DNA of 64,000 bases from assembly GCA_030390025.1 (NCBI GenBank), contig CM059432.1, forward strand, positions 128,280,001 to 128,344,000, given 5' to 3'. The notes beneath the pieces are model-generated. The model was not told the origin of the DNA, did not search any database, and saw only the letters and a program-made list of their open reading frames with translations. The DNA is from Squalus acanthias (lineage: Eukaryota). This document shows positions 50,472 to 63,414 of this stretch, piece by piece (within the stretch, counting starts at the first letter, position 1; the number at the start of each line of letters is the position of its first letter). Both the position numbers and the translations under genes were made by a program.

Positions 50472-53400
50472 ATAAGAACATAAGAAAATAAGAAATAGGA
50501 GCAAGAGAAGGCCATTTGGCCCCTTGAGCCTGCTCCGCCATTCAATAAGATCATGGCTGATCTGATCTTGGCCTCAACTCCACTTTCCTGCCCGCTCCCC
50601 ATAACCCTTGACTCCCCTGTAGTTCAAAAATCAGTCTATCTCCACCTTAAATATATTCAATGACCCAGCCTCCACAGCTCTCTGGGATAGAGAATTCCAA
50701 AGATTCACGACCCTCTGAGAGAAGAACTTCCTCCTCATCTCTGATTTAAATGGGCGACCCCTTATTCTGAAACTATGCCCCCTAGTTCTAGATTCCCCCA
50801 CGAGTGGAAACATCCTCTCTGCATCTACCCTGTCAAGCCCCCTCAGAATCTTGTATGTTTCAAAAAGATCACCTCTCATTCTTCTAAACTCCAATGAGTA
50901 TAGACCCAACCTGCTCAACCTTTCTTCACAAGACAGCCCCCTCATCTCAGGAATCAACCTAGTGAACCTTCTCTGAACTGCCTCCAGTGCAAGAATATCC
51001 CTCCTTAAATAAGGAGACCAAAACTGTATGCAGTACTCCAGGTGTGGTCTCACCAACGCCCTGTACAGTTGTCGCAAGACTTCCCTACTTTTATACTCCA
51101 TCCCCCTTGCAATAAAGGCCAACATTCCATTTGCCTTCCTAATTACTTGCTGTACCTGCATGCTAACTTTTTGTGTTTCATGTACGAGGACCCCCAGATC
51201 CCTCTGTACCGCAGCATTTTGTAGTCTCTTTCCATTTAAATAATAATTTGCTTTTTTATTCTTCCTACCAAAGTGGATAACCTCACATTTTCCCACTCCA
51301 TCTGCCAAATTTTTGCCCACTCACTTAGCCTATCTATATCCCTTTGCAGATTCTTTGTGTCCTCCTCACAACTTGCTTTCCGACCTATATTTGTATCATC
51401 AGGAAATTTGGCTACATTACACTCGGTCCCTTCATCCAAGTCATTAATATAGATTGTAAATAGTTGAGGCCCCAGCACTGATCCCTGTGGCACCCCACTA
51501 GTTACAGTTTGCCAACCTGAAAATTACCCATTTATCCCGACTCTCTGTTTTCTATTAGTTAGCCAATCCTCTATCCATGTTAATATATTACCCCCAACTC
51601 CGTGAGCTCTTATCTTGTGCAGTAACCTTTTATGTGGCACCTTATCGAATGCCTTCTGGAAATCCAAATACACTACATGTGCTGGTTCCCCTTTATCCAC
51701 CCTGCTCGTTACATCCTCAAAGAACTCTAGCAAATTTGTCAAACACGATTTCCCTTTCATAAAACCATGTTGACTCTGCTTGATTGTATTATGATTTTCT
51801 AAATGTCCTGCTACTACTTCCTTAATAATGGACTCCAGCATTTTCCCAATGACAGATGTTAGGCTAACTGGTCTATAGTTTCCTGCTTTCGGTCTCCCTC
51901 CTTTCTTGAATAGGGGCGTTACATTTGCAGTTTTCCAATCCGCTGGGATCTCTCCAGAATCCAGGGAATTTTGGTAGATTACAACCAATACATCCACTAT
52001 CTCTGCAGCCACTTCTTTTAAGTCCCTAGGATGCAGGGCATCAGGTCCAGTGGACTTGTTCACCTTTAGTCCCATTAGTTTGCCTCGTACTTTTTCTCTA
52101 GTGATAGTAATTGTTTTAAGTTCCTACCTCCCTTGATTATCTATTATTATTGGGATGCTTTTAGTGTCTTCTATCATGAAATATTTGTTCAAAGTCTCTG
52201 CCATTTCCTTATTTCCCATTATTAATTCCCTCGTCTCATCCTCTAAGGGACCAACGTTTACTTTAGCTACTCTCTTCCTTTTTATATACCTGTAGAAGCT
52301 CTTACTGTCTGTTTTTATATTTCTTGCTAGTTTACTCTCATAATCTATCTTCTCCCTCTTTATTATTTTTTAGTCATCCTTTGCTGGTTTCTAAAAATTT
52401 CCCAATCCTCTGGCTTACCACTAATCTTCGCAACATTGTATGCCTTTGTTTTCAATTTGATACCATCCTTAACTTTCTTAGTTAGCCACATAAGGTTTAT
52501 CCTTCTCTTAGAGTCTTTCTTTCTCACTGGAATATATCTTTGCTGAGAGTTATGAAATATCTCCTTAAATGTCTGCCACTGCTTATCTACCGTCTTACCC
52601 TTTAATCTATTTTCCCAGTCCACTTTAGCCAACTCTGTCCTCATACCCTTGTAATTGCCTTTATTTAAGTTCAGGACACTAGTTTGAGACTCAAGTTTCT
52701 CACCCTCAAACTGAATTTGAAATTCTAACATGCTATGATCACTCTTCCCTAGAGGATCCTTTACTAGGAGATCATTAATTAATCCTATCTCATTACACAA
52801 TACCAGATCTAAATAGCCTGCTCCCTGGTTGGTTCCACAACGTAGTGTTCTAAGAAAACATCCCGAATACACTCTATGAACTCGTCCTCGAGGCTACCAT
52901 TGCCAATTTGATTTGTCCAATCTATATGAAGATTAAAATCACCCATGATTATTGCAGTACCTTTCTGACAAGCCTCCATTATTTCTTGATTTATACTCTG
53001 TCCTAGAGTGTAGCTACCATTAGGGGGCCTATAGACTACTCCCACCAGTGACTTCTTTCCCTTATTATTTCTTATCTCCATCCAAACTGATTCTACATCT
53101 TGATCTTCTGAGCCAACATCGTTTCTCACTACTGCACTGATCTCATCCTTTATTAACAGAGCTACCCCATCTCCTTTTCCTTTCTGCCTATCCTTCCAAA
53201 ATGTCAAATACGCCTGAATATTCAGTTCCCAGCCTTGGTCACCTTACAACCACGTCTCTGTAATGGCTATCAGATCATACCCATTTATTTCCATTTGTGC
53301 TGTCAACTCTTTTATCTTGTTACGAATGCTGCGTGCATTCAGATAAAAAGCTTTTAATTTTGTCTTTATACCATTTTTCCCTACTCTGACTCTACTTTCT

Positions 53401-55157
53401 GGTGCACTCTTATGTTTATACGCTCTGTCCCTTCCTGTCACACTCTGGTTATCATTACCCCTATTGCTACCCTGCACTATTGCCTTCTCCTTTCTCTTTG
53501 ACTTTTTAAATTTGCCCTCACCTGAACCCTCCCCCCCACTATTTAGTTTAAAGCCCTATCTACAGCCATAGTTATTCAAGTCGCCAGGACACTGGTCCCA
53601 GCAGGGTTCAAGTGAAGCCCATCCCAACGGAACAGCTCCCTCTTTCCCCAGTACTGGTGCCAGTGCCCCATGAATCAAAACCCATTTCTCCCACACCAAT
53701 CTTTGAGTCACGCATTCATCTCTCTGATCTTATTTATCCTATGGCAATTTGCTCGTGGCTCATGTAGTAATCCAGAGAACCTTTGTGGTTCTGCTTTTTA
53801 AGTTAGCCCCTAAGCTGCTCATACTCCCTCAGCAGAACCTCTTTCTTTGTCCTACCTATGTCGTTGGTACCTATGTGGACCACGACAACTGGATCTTTCC
53901 CCTCCCACTCCAAGTTCCTCTCCAGCCCAGAGGAGATGTCCTTAACCCTGGCACCGGGCAGGCAACACAGCCTTCGGGACTCACGCTCTCGGCTGCAGAG
54001 AACAGTATCTATCCCCCTAACTATATTGTCCTCTACCACTACTACATTTCTTTTTACTCCCCCTGCTTGAATGGCCCCCTGTACCACGGTGCTGTGGTCA
54101 GTTTGCTTATCTTCCCTGCAGTCCCCGCTCTCGTCCACACAGGGAGCAAGAACCTCGTACCTGTTGGACAAGTGCAAGGGCTGAGGCTCCTCCAATGCTA
54201 CCTTCCGGATCCCCATACCTGCCTCACTCATAGTCACACACTCCTGTCCCTGACAACGGACCAAATTTGAAGTCTTTAACCTAAGGGGCGTGACTACCTC
54301 CTGGAACACAGTGTCCAGTTAACTCGGACTCCAGCTCATCAACTCTGAGCCGAAGTTCCTCGAGTTGCCAACATTTACTGCAGATGTGGTCGCCGTGGAT
54401 CACACTGCTGTCCACCAGCTCCCACATGCTCCAGCTGCAACACATCACTTGCCCTGCCATCTCTATTGTAATTTATTTAACTAATTAGGTTTTCAAGTTT
54501 TGAAATATCAATTATCTATGTACAGTTTTTAATCTGTAATCACGGATCTTAATTTAAACCAATGCCCAAGTTTAGAAAAAAAGAGGGAAATACTCACCAA
54601 CCAATCACTTACCTGCTTTCCTGTGACGTCACACTTTGATTTTTTTTTCCCCCTCACAGGTCCGTTCGCTCTGCTCCCAGCTAGCTCCTTCTTAATTCCT
54701 CGCTGCTCCCACTCTGGGCGCTGGTCTCGGGCGCTCCTTTTTAATTCCTCGCTGCTCCCACTCTGGGCGCTGGTCTCGGGCGCTCCTTCTTAATTCCTCG
54801 CTGCTCCCACTCTGGGCGCTGGTCTCGGGCGCTCCTTTTTAATTCCTCGCTGCTCCCACTCTGGGCGCTGGTCTCGGGCGCTCCTTCTTAATTCCTCGCT
54901 GCTCCCACTCTGGGCGCTGGTCTCGGGCGCTCCTTCTTAATTCCTCGCTACTCCCACTCTGGGCGCTGGTCTCGGGCGCTCCTTCTTAATTCCTCGCTGC
55001 TCCCACTCTGGGCGCTGGTCTCGGGCGCTCCTTCTTAATTCCTCGCTGCTCCCACTCTGGGCGCTGGTCTCGGGCGCTCCTTTTTAATTCCTCGCTGCTC
55101 CCACTCTGGGCGCTGGTCTCGGGCGCTCCTTTTTAAGTTCCTCGCTGCTCCCGCTCT
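50472..55157 (-). mobile_element. Full-length CR1 LINE with several frameshifts (same subfamily as 20900-29973)
   Basis: ORF1 start ~54460; esterase, endonuclease and RT fragments in the ORF track; ttcttatg tail. Confidence 0.95.
54692..55157. repeat. 49-bp CpG-rich tandem repeat (9 units plus partial) at the CR1 5' end
   Basis: ttaattcctcgctgctcccactctgggcgctggtctcgggcgctcctt(c/t) with a 49-bp period. Confidence 0.97.
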
Positions 55158-55620
55158 TGTTAGTTCAGAAGATGGCAAATATGTTGGACCAGTTTGCAAA
55201 TAAATTCAGAAGTGTAGTTTAGCATCTATAAATAAAATGATTTATGAAAGTAAAAAAGTCGTAAGTGAAATACCAAACAACACGAGACTTACACAACTGG
55301 AATTATCCATGAGCAATTAATATACTCTTTTCAGAAGGCTGCCCTTTACAGTTTCTTGAAATGGAACAATTTCTTTGGATGAATTAGCTAAGCCTTCTCG
55401 TATTCCTTATTACCCAGTCCATGTCTCATGGTATGTCTTTTGGGATGAGATGTCACATGTAGAATATGTAAACCTTAAGCATCCACAAATCCAGGTGCAT
55501 CCTCAGCAGAACTAAAAGATAATAGTGGTCATGATGCGGAGATGCCGGTGTTGGACTGGGCTGGACAAAACTGAGAAGTCGCACAACACCAGGTTATAGT
55601 CCAACAGTTTTATTTAAAAT

Positions 55621-55656
55621 TATGAGCTTTCGGAGCTGCTGCCCCTTCGTCAGGTA
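55621..55656 (-). ncRNA. Second hammerhead-like motif (stem I G>A variant)
   Basis: Inverted copy of 57496-57531 ending GAAAGCUC-AUA. Confidence 0.55.
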
Positions 55657-57495
55657 GAGGTACAGTGAGGGAATCTAATACACAGTATATATACACAGAG
55701 CGCGATTTGTCTGCAGAGATACAATCTGTTAGGAAGGCATTACATCAAAGACACATCAGAGTACACCTAAGACAATGAGGTGGGTCACAGGGGGTCCAAC
55801 GTGTCAAATGTTGCCGTCTGCAGTTGAGCTTTTAACTTTTTTTTTGGTTGTTTTTTTTGTTGTTTTTTTGTGTTTTTTTTTAACTGGAAAGACAGACAAC
55901 GATGTCGAGTCACGTTCTGTAGCGTGACATGAACCCGAGATCCCTATCGAGGCCGTCCTCATGGGTGCGGAACTTGGCTATCAGTTTCTGCTCGATGATT
56001 TTGCGTTGTCGTGTGTCTCGAAGGCCGCCTTGGAGAACGCTAACCCGCAGATCCGAGGCTGAATGTCCTTGACTGCTGAAGTGTTCCCCGACTGGGAGGT
56101 AACAATCCTGCCTGGCGATTGTTGCGCGGTATCCGTTCATACGTTGTCTCAGTGTCTGCATGGTCTCGCCGATGTACCATGCTCCGGGGCATCCTTTCCT
56201 GCAACGTATGAGGTAGACAACGTTGGCCGAGTCACATGAGTATGTACCATGTACCTGGTGGGTAGTGTTCTCACGTGTGATGATGGTATCTGTGTTGATG
56301 ATCTGGCATGTCTTGCAGGGGTTGCCGTGGCAGGGTTGTGTGGTGTCGTGGTCGCTGTTCTCCTGACAGCTGGGTAATTTGCTGCGAACGATGGTACTTT
56401 TGAGGTTAGGCGGCTGCTTGAAGGCGAGTAGTGGAGGCGTGGGGATGGCCTTAGCAAGGTGTTCGTCGTCATCGATGACATGTTGAAGGCTGCGAAGAAC
56501 ATGGCGTAATTTCTCCGCTCCGGGGAAGTACTGGATGACGTAGGACGTATCGGCACTCTACACCAATATCCCCCACGATGACGGCATCGCTGCGACAGCC
56601 TCAGTACTCAACACCAACAACAGCCAATCTCCAGACGCCATCCTACAACTCATCTGCTTCATCCTTGACCACAATGTCTTCACCTTCGACAACCAGTTTT
56701 TTACCCAAACACACGGAACAGCCATGGGGACCAAATTCACACCCCAATACGCCAACATCTTCATGCACAAGTTCGAGCAAGACTTCTTCGCTGCACAGGA
56801 CCTCCAACCAACGCTGTACACCAGATACATCGACGACATCTTCTTCCTTTGGACCCACGGCGAAGGATCACTGAAAGGACTACACAATAACATCAACAGG
56901 TTCCATCCCACCATCAAACTCACCATGGACTACTCCGCAGAATCGGTTTCATTCTTGGACACACGAATCTCCATCAAAGACGGACACCTCAGCACTTCAC
57001 TCTACCGCAAGCCCACGGACAACCTCACGATGCTCCACTTCTCCAGCTTCCACCCTAACCACGTTAAAGAAGCCATCCCCTATGGACAAGCCCTGCGAAT
57101 ACACAGGATCTGCTCAGACGAGGAGGAACGCAATGGACACCTACGGACGCTGAAAGACGCCCTCGTAAGAACGGGATATGACGCTCGACTCGTCGATCGA
57201 CAGTTCCGACGGGTCACAGCGAAAAACCGCATAGACCTCCTCAGAAGGCGAACACGGGACACAACCAACAGAGTACCCTACGTCGTCCAGTACTTCCCTG
57301 GAGCGGAGAAACTATGCCATGTTCTTCGCAGCCTTCAGCAACATTTGACACGTTGGACCCCCTGTGACCTACCTCATTGTCTTAGCTGTACTCTGATGTG
57401 TCTTTGATGTAATGCCTTCCTAACAGATTGTATCTCTGCAGACAAATCGCTCTCTGTGTATATATACTGTGTATTAGATTCCCTCACTGTACCTC

Positions 57496-57531
57496 TACCT
57501 GACGAAGGGGCAGCAGCTCCGAAAGCTCGTA
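57496..57531 (+). ncRNA. Minimal type I hammerhead ribozyme-like motif
   Basis: UAC-CUGACGA-A-GGGGC-AGCA-GCUCC-GAAAGCUC-GUA: CUGANGA core, 5-bp stem II, GAAA, palindromic AGCU stem III, UC cleavage site and 3-bp stem I. Confidence 0.65.
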
Positions 57532-58699
57532 ATTTTAAATAAAACTGTTGGACTATAACCTGGTGTTGTGCGACTTCTCATTTTAAAAAATAATAGCCAG
57601 ACCTGGGATATTTATCTTGTGGAACCTCTTTGATGTAATATTTTTAGAGCATTCAAGCAAACCAAAATGTTTTCAGTCTTCACACCTTGCTCGACAATTG
57701 GGTAATGACCTGCAACAGTTATGTTTTCTTTCAGAATTTTCCACTGGACTATTTTCATACATGGCCACAACCAGAAATTGCTTACCTGTCTGATAAAAGC
57801 TGCAACCATTAATTTTTTAACATGTTGCCCTGTCATCAAAGTGGATCATCTCTCAACTAATTTGTGGATAGTAACCCTGCCTGGTTCATGTAAATGGATT
57901 GTCTCTGGTCTACCATTTTGTACTTAGCAAAATGAACAATCTCAAGTGTTTCAATAATATAAAACCCAAATACCTATTCCTATTTTTAATCTCACCATCC
58001 AAATGGTGCAAATCCTACAGACTCCATTACAGATTCTGAAAAATATCTGACCAATTTATTTTTCTCACAGCACATGGCTTTCATAGAATGGTTACAGCAC
58101 AGAAGGAGGCCATTTGGCCCGTTGAGCCCGTGCCAGCTCTCTGCAAGAGCACTTCAGCTAGTCCCACTCCCCCGCCCTTTCCCCGTAGCCCTGCAAATTT
58201 TTTCCCCTCAGGTACTTATCCAATTCCCTTTTGAAAGTCAGGATTGAGTCCGTCTCCACCACCCTTTCAGGCAGAGCATTCCAGATCCTAATCACTCGCT
58301 GCATAAAAAAGTTTTTCCTCATGTCGCCTTTGTCCAAGGAATAATTCTTAAACAATTGAAAAGTCAAGTTGCATGAAAGCAGATATATTTTTATATTTTC
58401 CATAATGTCCACAAAAGTGATGATGGTGCAAGGCAATTTTAGAAAGAAAAGATTGGTCCAGAGGAAGTGTAAATGGTTACAGCAGATTTAGCAGAGGGGA
58501 AGGGAAGCATGGAAAATTTGGCAAAGAGGAGAAGGCTCCCGTGGCCCACTGAGAATGCGGTGGAAGAAAGGCAGGAAGACCCTCAGTGTAGTCCACCTGC
58601 CGGCCATGTACCAATAGGCGTCCCCACCCCAAGCACCAGCCCTCAACTCCTCCACTCCCTGTGGCCCTGGTGCAGCAATCCTCCATTACCAGCACCTGC

Positions 58700-59250
58700 T
58701 GTCTGAGAGAAAATGGGAGCGATGGTTAAGGTTTAAAGTTAATCTCAATGTTAAGGCTGTAAAGTGCCTAGTAGAAAGACGAGGTGTTGTTCCTCAAACT
58801 TGCACTGAGCTTCTTTGGAACAGTATAGGAGGCCAGGGACAGAGAAGTAAGAGTAGGAGTGAGATGAAGAATTAAAATGGCAAGTGACCAGAAGTTCAGG
58901 GCACGCTCGCAGACTGAACAGAGCTGTTCAACAAAGCCATCACCTAGTCTGCATTTGGTCTCCCCAATGTAGAGCAGACAGTGAATACAGTACAATAGCA
59001 AAATACTGCGGATGCTGGAAATCTGAAATAACAACAGAAAATGCTGGAAACATTCAGCAGGCCAGGCAGCATCTGTGGAGAGAGAAACAGAGTTAATGTT
59101 TCAGGTCTGTGACCCTTAAAGAAGTACAAGTAAATTGCTGTTTCACCCAGAAGGAGTGTTTTGGGCCCTGGACGGTGGAAAGGGAGGAGGTGAAAGGGCA
59201 GGTGTTGCATCTCTTTTGCTTGCACGGGGAGGTGCTGGGGGAAGGGGAGC
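58700..59250 (-). mobile_element. Second Penelope family fragment (GIY-YIG region plus embedded tail)
   Basis: PCKQKRCNTCPF...FTCTS and YCIHCLLYIGETKCRLGD motifs; tail piece at 58995-59115. Confidence 0.75.
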
Positions 59251-60419
59251 AAGTGTCCAACCAAAATATATTTTCTGAATATGATGTATGCTTGCAGGAT
59301 GTGACTGTATGTGCTCTGGTTGCACAGTATCATTGACAAAAAAATACAGTTGCTTAAAATTTTTTAAACAACATTTAGGGGTTGAAACTGCTCTTTGCGC
59401 TTGAAAAATGGAGTACCCGAGTATCAACTTTTTATTTTGCACTGTATTTTTATTGGTAGTTCCCAGACCTGTGAACACACGATATTCAGCAGACCATTTT
59501 ATACAAGATGGCACGCAGTACAAAACATGCATGCAGACTGAGCTAATCAGAATGTACCTGCAATAAACCTGTCCAATTGCTTGCTAATGAGCTAACTCTA
59601 AACTGTTTTAAGACCATATTTTCTGATAATTCATCTGTGTGGACAAAATAATAAGTTTGCAACTCTAAGGTCTAAGCTAACCCTTTATAAATAATTAAGT
59701 GTTTCTTTTCCTTCTTGAATTTCTGACAGCTGTATCAACCAACATGAATCTCAACTATTTCTTGGAAATCACAAACCATTTTTTCCAATTTTAGAAGTTT
59801 CAAACTGACTAGTTCCTTTTGTCCAAGATTTTCCAATTGGCTCGTCAATTCAAACAGTCACTCTTTCTATATCCCACAGAAGAGTTACCAGGACTTTCTG
59901 GATTTTGAATATTTGACCACTCAAATTTAAAAAGGAAATGTCAGTCATATACAAACTGAAAAGGTCACATAGTATTCTTTAAATTTGATCTATTCCTTTC
60001 TCTAGCCTGTAACCAATAAAATTTGCAACATGGTATCAAAATAAACTTGGTACATAAATCTGACCTGCAGTTTTTTTTAAACTGTTCCTATATTATGACC
60101 TTATTTAAAGGAGCACACAAACAAAATACCTCATTCTTTCACTCTTAATAAATACGGTTACTCAAACAGTTCCATCTGACACTCCAAGAAAACAAAGGCC
60201 ATAATACGTGTAGGTTAGAAATAAACCATTATGGATATGCTTTAAATTTTCATGCCGTCTCTCCGAGATCTCCTGTGGTGTTGCCCATAGTGAGTTGGAG
60301 AATACGTTGCTTTACCATTCCTCATGACTATCTTACTAGGTAACCTGTAGTGGATTTTGTAGTGCAAAATAAACCAATGTGGACGGTAAGTTTTTTTAAA
60401 AAAATCTAAAAGGCTGTTT

Positions 60420-62000
60420 AAAATTGCTGAGTCCCCTTTTGAAAGCTATACTCGCTACATGTTCTGGCAATCTATTCCAGAGATTGATGGCTCTTTTCAT
60501 AAAGAAGTATTTCCTGGAGTATAACCTGATTCTGTGTTTTCTTATTTTGTACTGATGCCCCTTAGTCCTCTCCTCTCTATCTTGCTTGCATAATCTATCT
60601 ATCCAAACAGAATCTATTCCTTCATAATTTTAAAAACCTCAAATCATATCCCCATAAAGTCTATGGTCCAGATACATGCAGGGGAGCTTTATTTTAAGCA
60701 TCTCTCAGTTTAATTGGACCACTTGTTAGAATGTATTAGTGGTGCCCTTCAAAACAGCATCTGTGGTGCTGACCTGTCAGGTGACACTGGGACAACTCAG
60801 TCCCAGCCCTATTGGTCCAATTAAAATAGGCCCAAATTGCTTCAGCTCTTCCCTGCAGTTCAATATCATTACCCACAGTAACAATTAAATCCTCCTTAAC
60901 AAATAGAGCTACACACCCTTCCCCCCTTTTTCTAGTGGGGACTTGGCCTGGAGGGTGTTGCACGGAGCAGTCCCATGCAATATAGTTTTAAACAGGTTCA
61001 CGGACTCCCAGGCTGCCTGCCTTTTCTGCAGCCTGGAGGAGTCCGTGTTCCACGTTTATATAGAATGTGAGAGGTTGCAGCCCCTCTTCCATTATTTGAA
61101 GGGGCTGCTCCTCGATTTTTGGCTGCACTTCAGTCCCACGCTCCTGATCTTTGGTCACCCGGTGCGGAGGGGAGCGGGCAGATCGGAGGACCTCCTCATA
61201 GGATTGTTCCTGGGCCTGGCCAAAAAAGCCATCAACTGGTCCAGGCAGCGGGCGGTCGAGGGGGTCGTTCGGCCCGATTGCCTGCCTCTCTTCCGCGGCC
61301 ATGTTCGCGCCCGGGTGGCCCTGGAGATGGAGCACGCGGTGTCCGCCGGCACGCTTGAGGCCTTCCGCGACCGGTGAGCGCCACGGGGACTGGAGTGCAT
61401 CATCACCCCGGCCAATCAAATTTTAATTTAATTTGTTACGGTTCCTTTAAAGTTTTATTAGTTACAGTCAATTTTGTTTAATCACCCCAACAAAAGAGTA
61501 CACACCCTTCCCTTTGTCCTATACTTAATATCCCTTATAACACTTGAACTAAAATTGTCTGATTCGTCCATTGCTGCATTTGATTGGAATGAACATTTTA
61601 TTTCTAATACTCCCAAAATTGTCACAAAAGCATTTTAAGAGTTTGGCTACTTGATGCTTGTGAACCTCCTCACTTTTACAACCTTAATCCTTGTGGTTTA
61701 ATCCAATTGAGGCCTAATAATTAGAAACAACTTTACTCTGGCTTTTTGTCCTGAAGGACCTACACTCAGAGTTAACTAGAACAGGCCCAGTCCCAATTAG
61801 TTTAAAGCCCTCCAATTGCTTCCTCAACATTCTGGGTCAACCTGTTGAAATGTATCCCATTCCTCCTGAAAACCTTCTCTTCACTTGAAAATGTTCTCCA
61901 GTTGTCCACAAAAGTAAGTTTTTTTTTCTGCACAGGTTCTCCAATTGGTCATTCTGGCCACTTATCCTGCTGTTCCTGTCTGATGATCCTGTAATGATAG
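60420..62000 (-). mobile_element. Highly decayed CR1 relic hosting a Tx1 insertion
   Basis: Endonuclease-like VALFVKEDL..AEAIW, an ORF1/ORF2 junction (tagtttaaagccc) and an RT 3' remnant. Confidence 0.55.
60924..61498 (+). mobile_element. 5'-truncated Tx1-clade LINE (C-terminal zinc knuckle plus 3' UTR)
   Basis: GDLAWRVLHGAV...CLFCSLEESVFHVYIEC; perfect 14-bp TSD tacacacccttccc at 60910-60923 and 61499-61512. Confidence 0.9.
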
Positions 62001-62589
62001 GTAAAAGGTCATTAACTTGCTCCTACGTTCAATCAAGTGGTGGTAGTTTTCCTGTAAGAGAACATTTGTTTGTTTATAATATTGTTAATACCAATATGTA
62101 CGGTCCTGATGGTTCTCTTACCCCTTTCATTAAGTTGTGGCACTGTATGATATACAAAACAAGGCCTGCTTGTGTGGTTTTCATCTTTCTACAGTTTGAT
62201 ACCAACTTTCTCTGTGGCTCCACTGGATTTTATTGGGTATTAAGTCCATATAAATGGAGTGAAGTGAATAACTGCAAATGTGTATGAAGCTCCCTTAACT
62301 GGCTTTTAGCTAGGGCCTTAGCAAGCTAAACATGACTTCCACAGTACTGTTTGTAAAAGTACTGTTTGTAAAAGTAATAAAGCACTGGAGTAATTTTATG
62401 CAAACAATTCATGCGTCAGCTCAAACATGAAAACTGAGTCAGCACTAATGCTTAATTTGCGAGTAAATCTAATGCAATGAATCATTTCTACTCGTACATG
62501 TAATAACCTAATTATTATAAAATGGAGCATAAACCATGCAATAAAAAATTTATTACACAGTATCTGCAATAAAAACAATGTGCACTCCT

Positions 62590-63000
62590 AGGGTACAGTA
62601 GTGTAGTGGTTATGTTACTGGATTAGTAATCCAGAGGCCTTAACTAATAATTTTGAGAACATGAGTTCCACAATTGCAGTTTGAGAATTTGAATTCAGTT
62701 TTAAAAATCTGGAAATAAAAACCTGGTATCAGTAAAATTGACCATGGAGCTGTTGGGTTGTCGTTAAAAACCCAACTGGTTCACGAATGTCCTTTTTAGG
62801 GAAGGAAGCCTTCCCTGGTCTTGCCTATATGTGACTTCAATCCCACACCAATGTGGTTGACTCTTTACTGCCCCTGAAGTAGCCTATCAAGCCACTCAGC
62901 AATTCAAGAAGGAGGCCCATCGCCACCTTTTCAAGGCAACTAGGGATGGGCAATAATTGCCAGTCTTGTCACATCCCGAGACTGAATTTAAAAAAACAAA
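62590..63000 (+). mobile_element. tRNA-derived SINE (core recalls MER131) with a family-B LINE tail
   Basis: A-box-like TAGTGTAGTGG; core aaaacccaactggttcacgaatgtcc; tail ttcaagaaggaggcc...caactagggatgggcaataa; A-rich end; possible TSD actcct. Confidence 0.82.
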
Positions 63001-63414
63001 ACTCCTTCCATGACAATTTCCATGGCCAGTGACCACCCAAGTGAATGTACAAAACCCTGTAGGAAAGCTTAGTTTGTTGTTTTCCTGCTTGTGTTTGGGC
63101 TTACACAGTGGTTTCCATTAAATATGGATTAGGACATAAAGAGCAGATGAAGCTGAAGTAGAAAGTCTTTATCTAGAGACAGATATTTTGAAGTAAAGAA
63201 CAGACATACAACATCAAAAAGTCTGGCCATTTATTGACAATTATTGTGGTCTATGCAGGATGAACTGATCTGTAAATGCCAAGTAAGAATTTCAATGAAC
63301 TGAACCAAATAGCTTTTAAAAAAAAATTCAATCTAAAGGAATAGAAAACTACAGGTGGTGTTCCCCAAGTCATTGCTCTTTGAAGCAGAGGAATAGGTAG
63401 CCTCATTTTAAATG

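Larger units (their letters stand above)
55531..57580. mobile_element. Penelope-like retroelement with internal inversion and inverted pseudo-LTRs
   Basis: Plus-strand RT (VSALYTNIP, GTAMG, RYIDDIF) at ~56545-57340; minus-strand GIY-YIG (NVVYLIRC...WYIGET) at ~55910-56545; ~240-bp inverted repeats at 55572-55813 and 57339-57580. Confidence 0.92.

Noticed and set aside
58995..59115. Possible hammerhead in the second Penelope tail
   Set aside because: Stem II and GAAAC remnants are present but the CUGANGA core is missing; the copy near 2763 has a mutated core (CUAAUGA).
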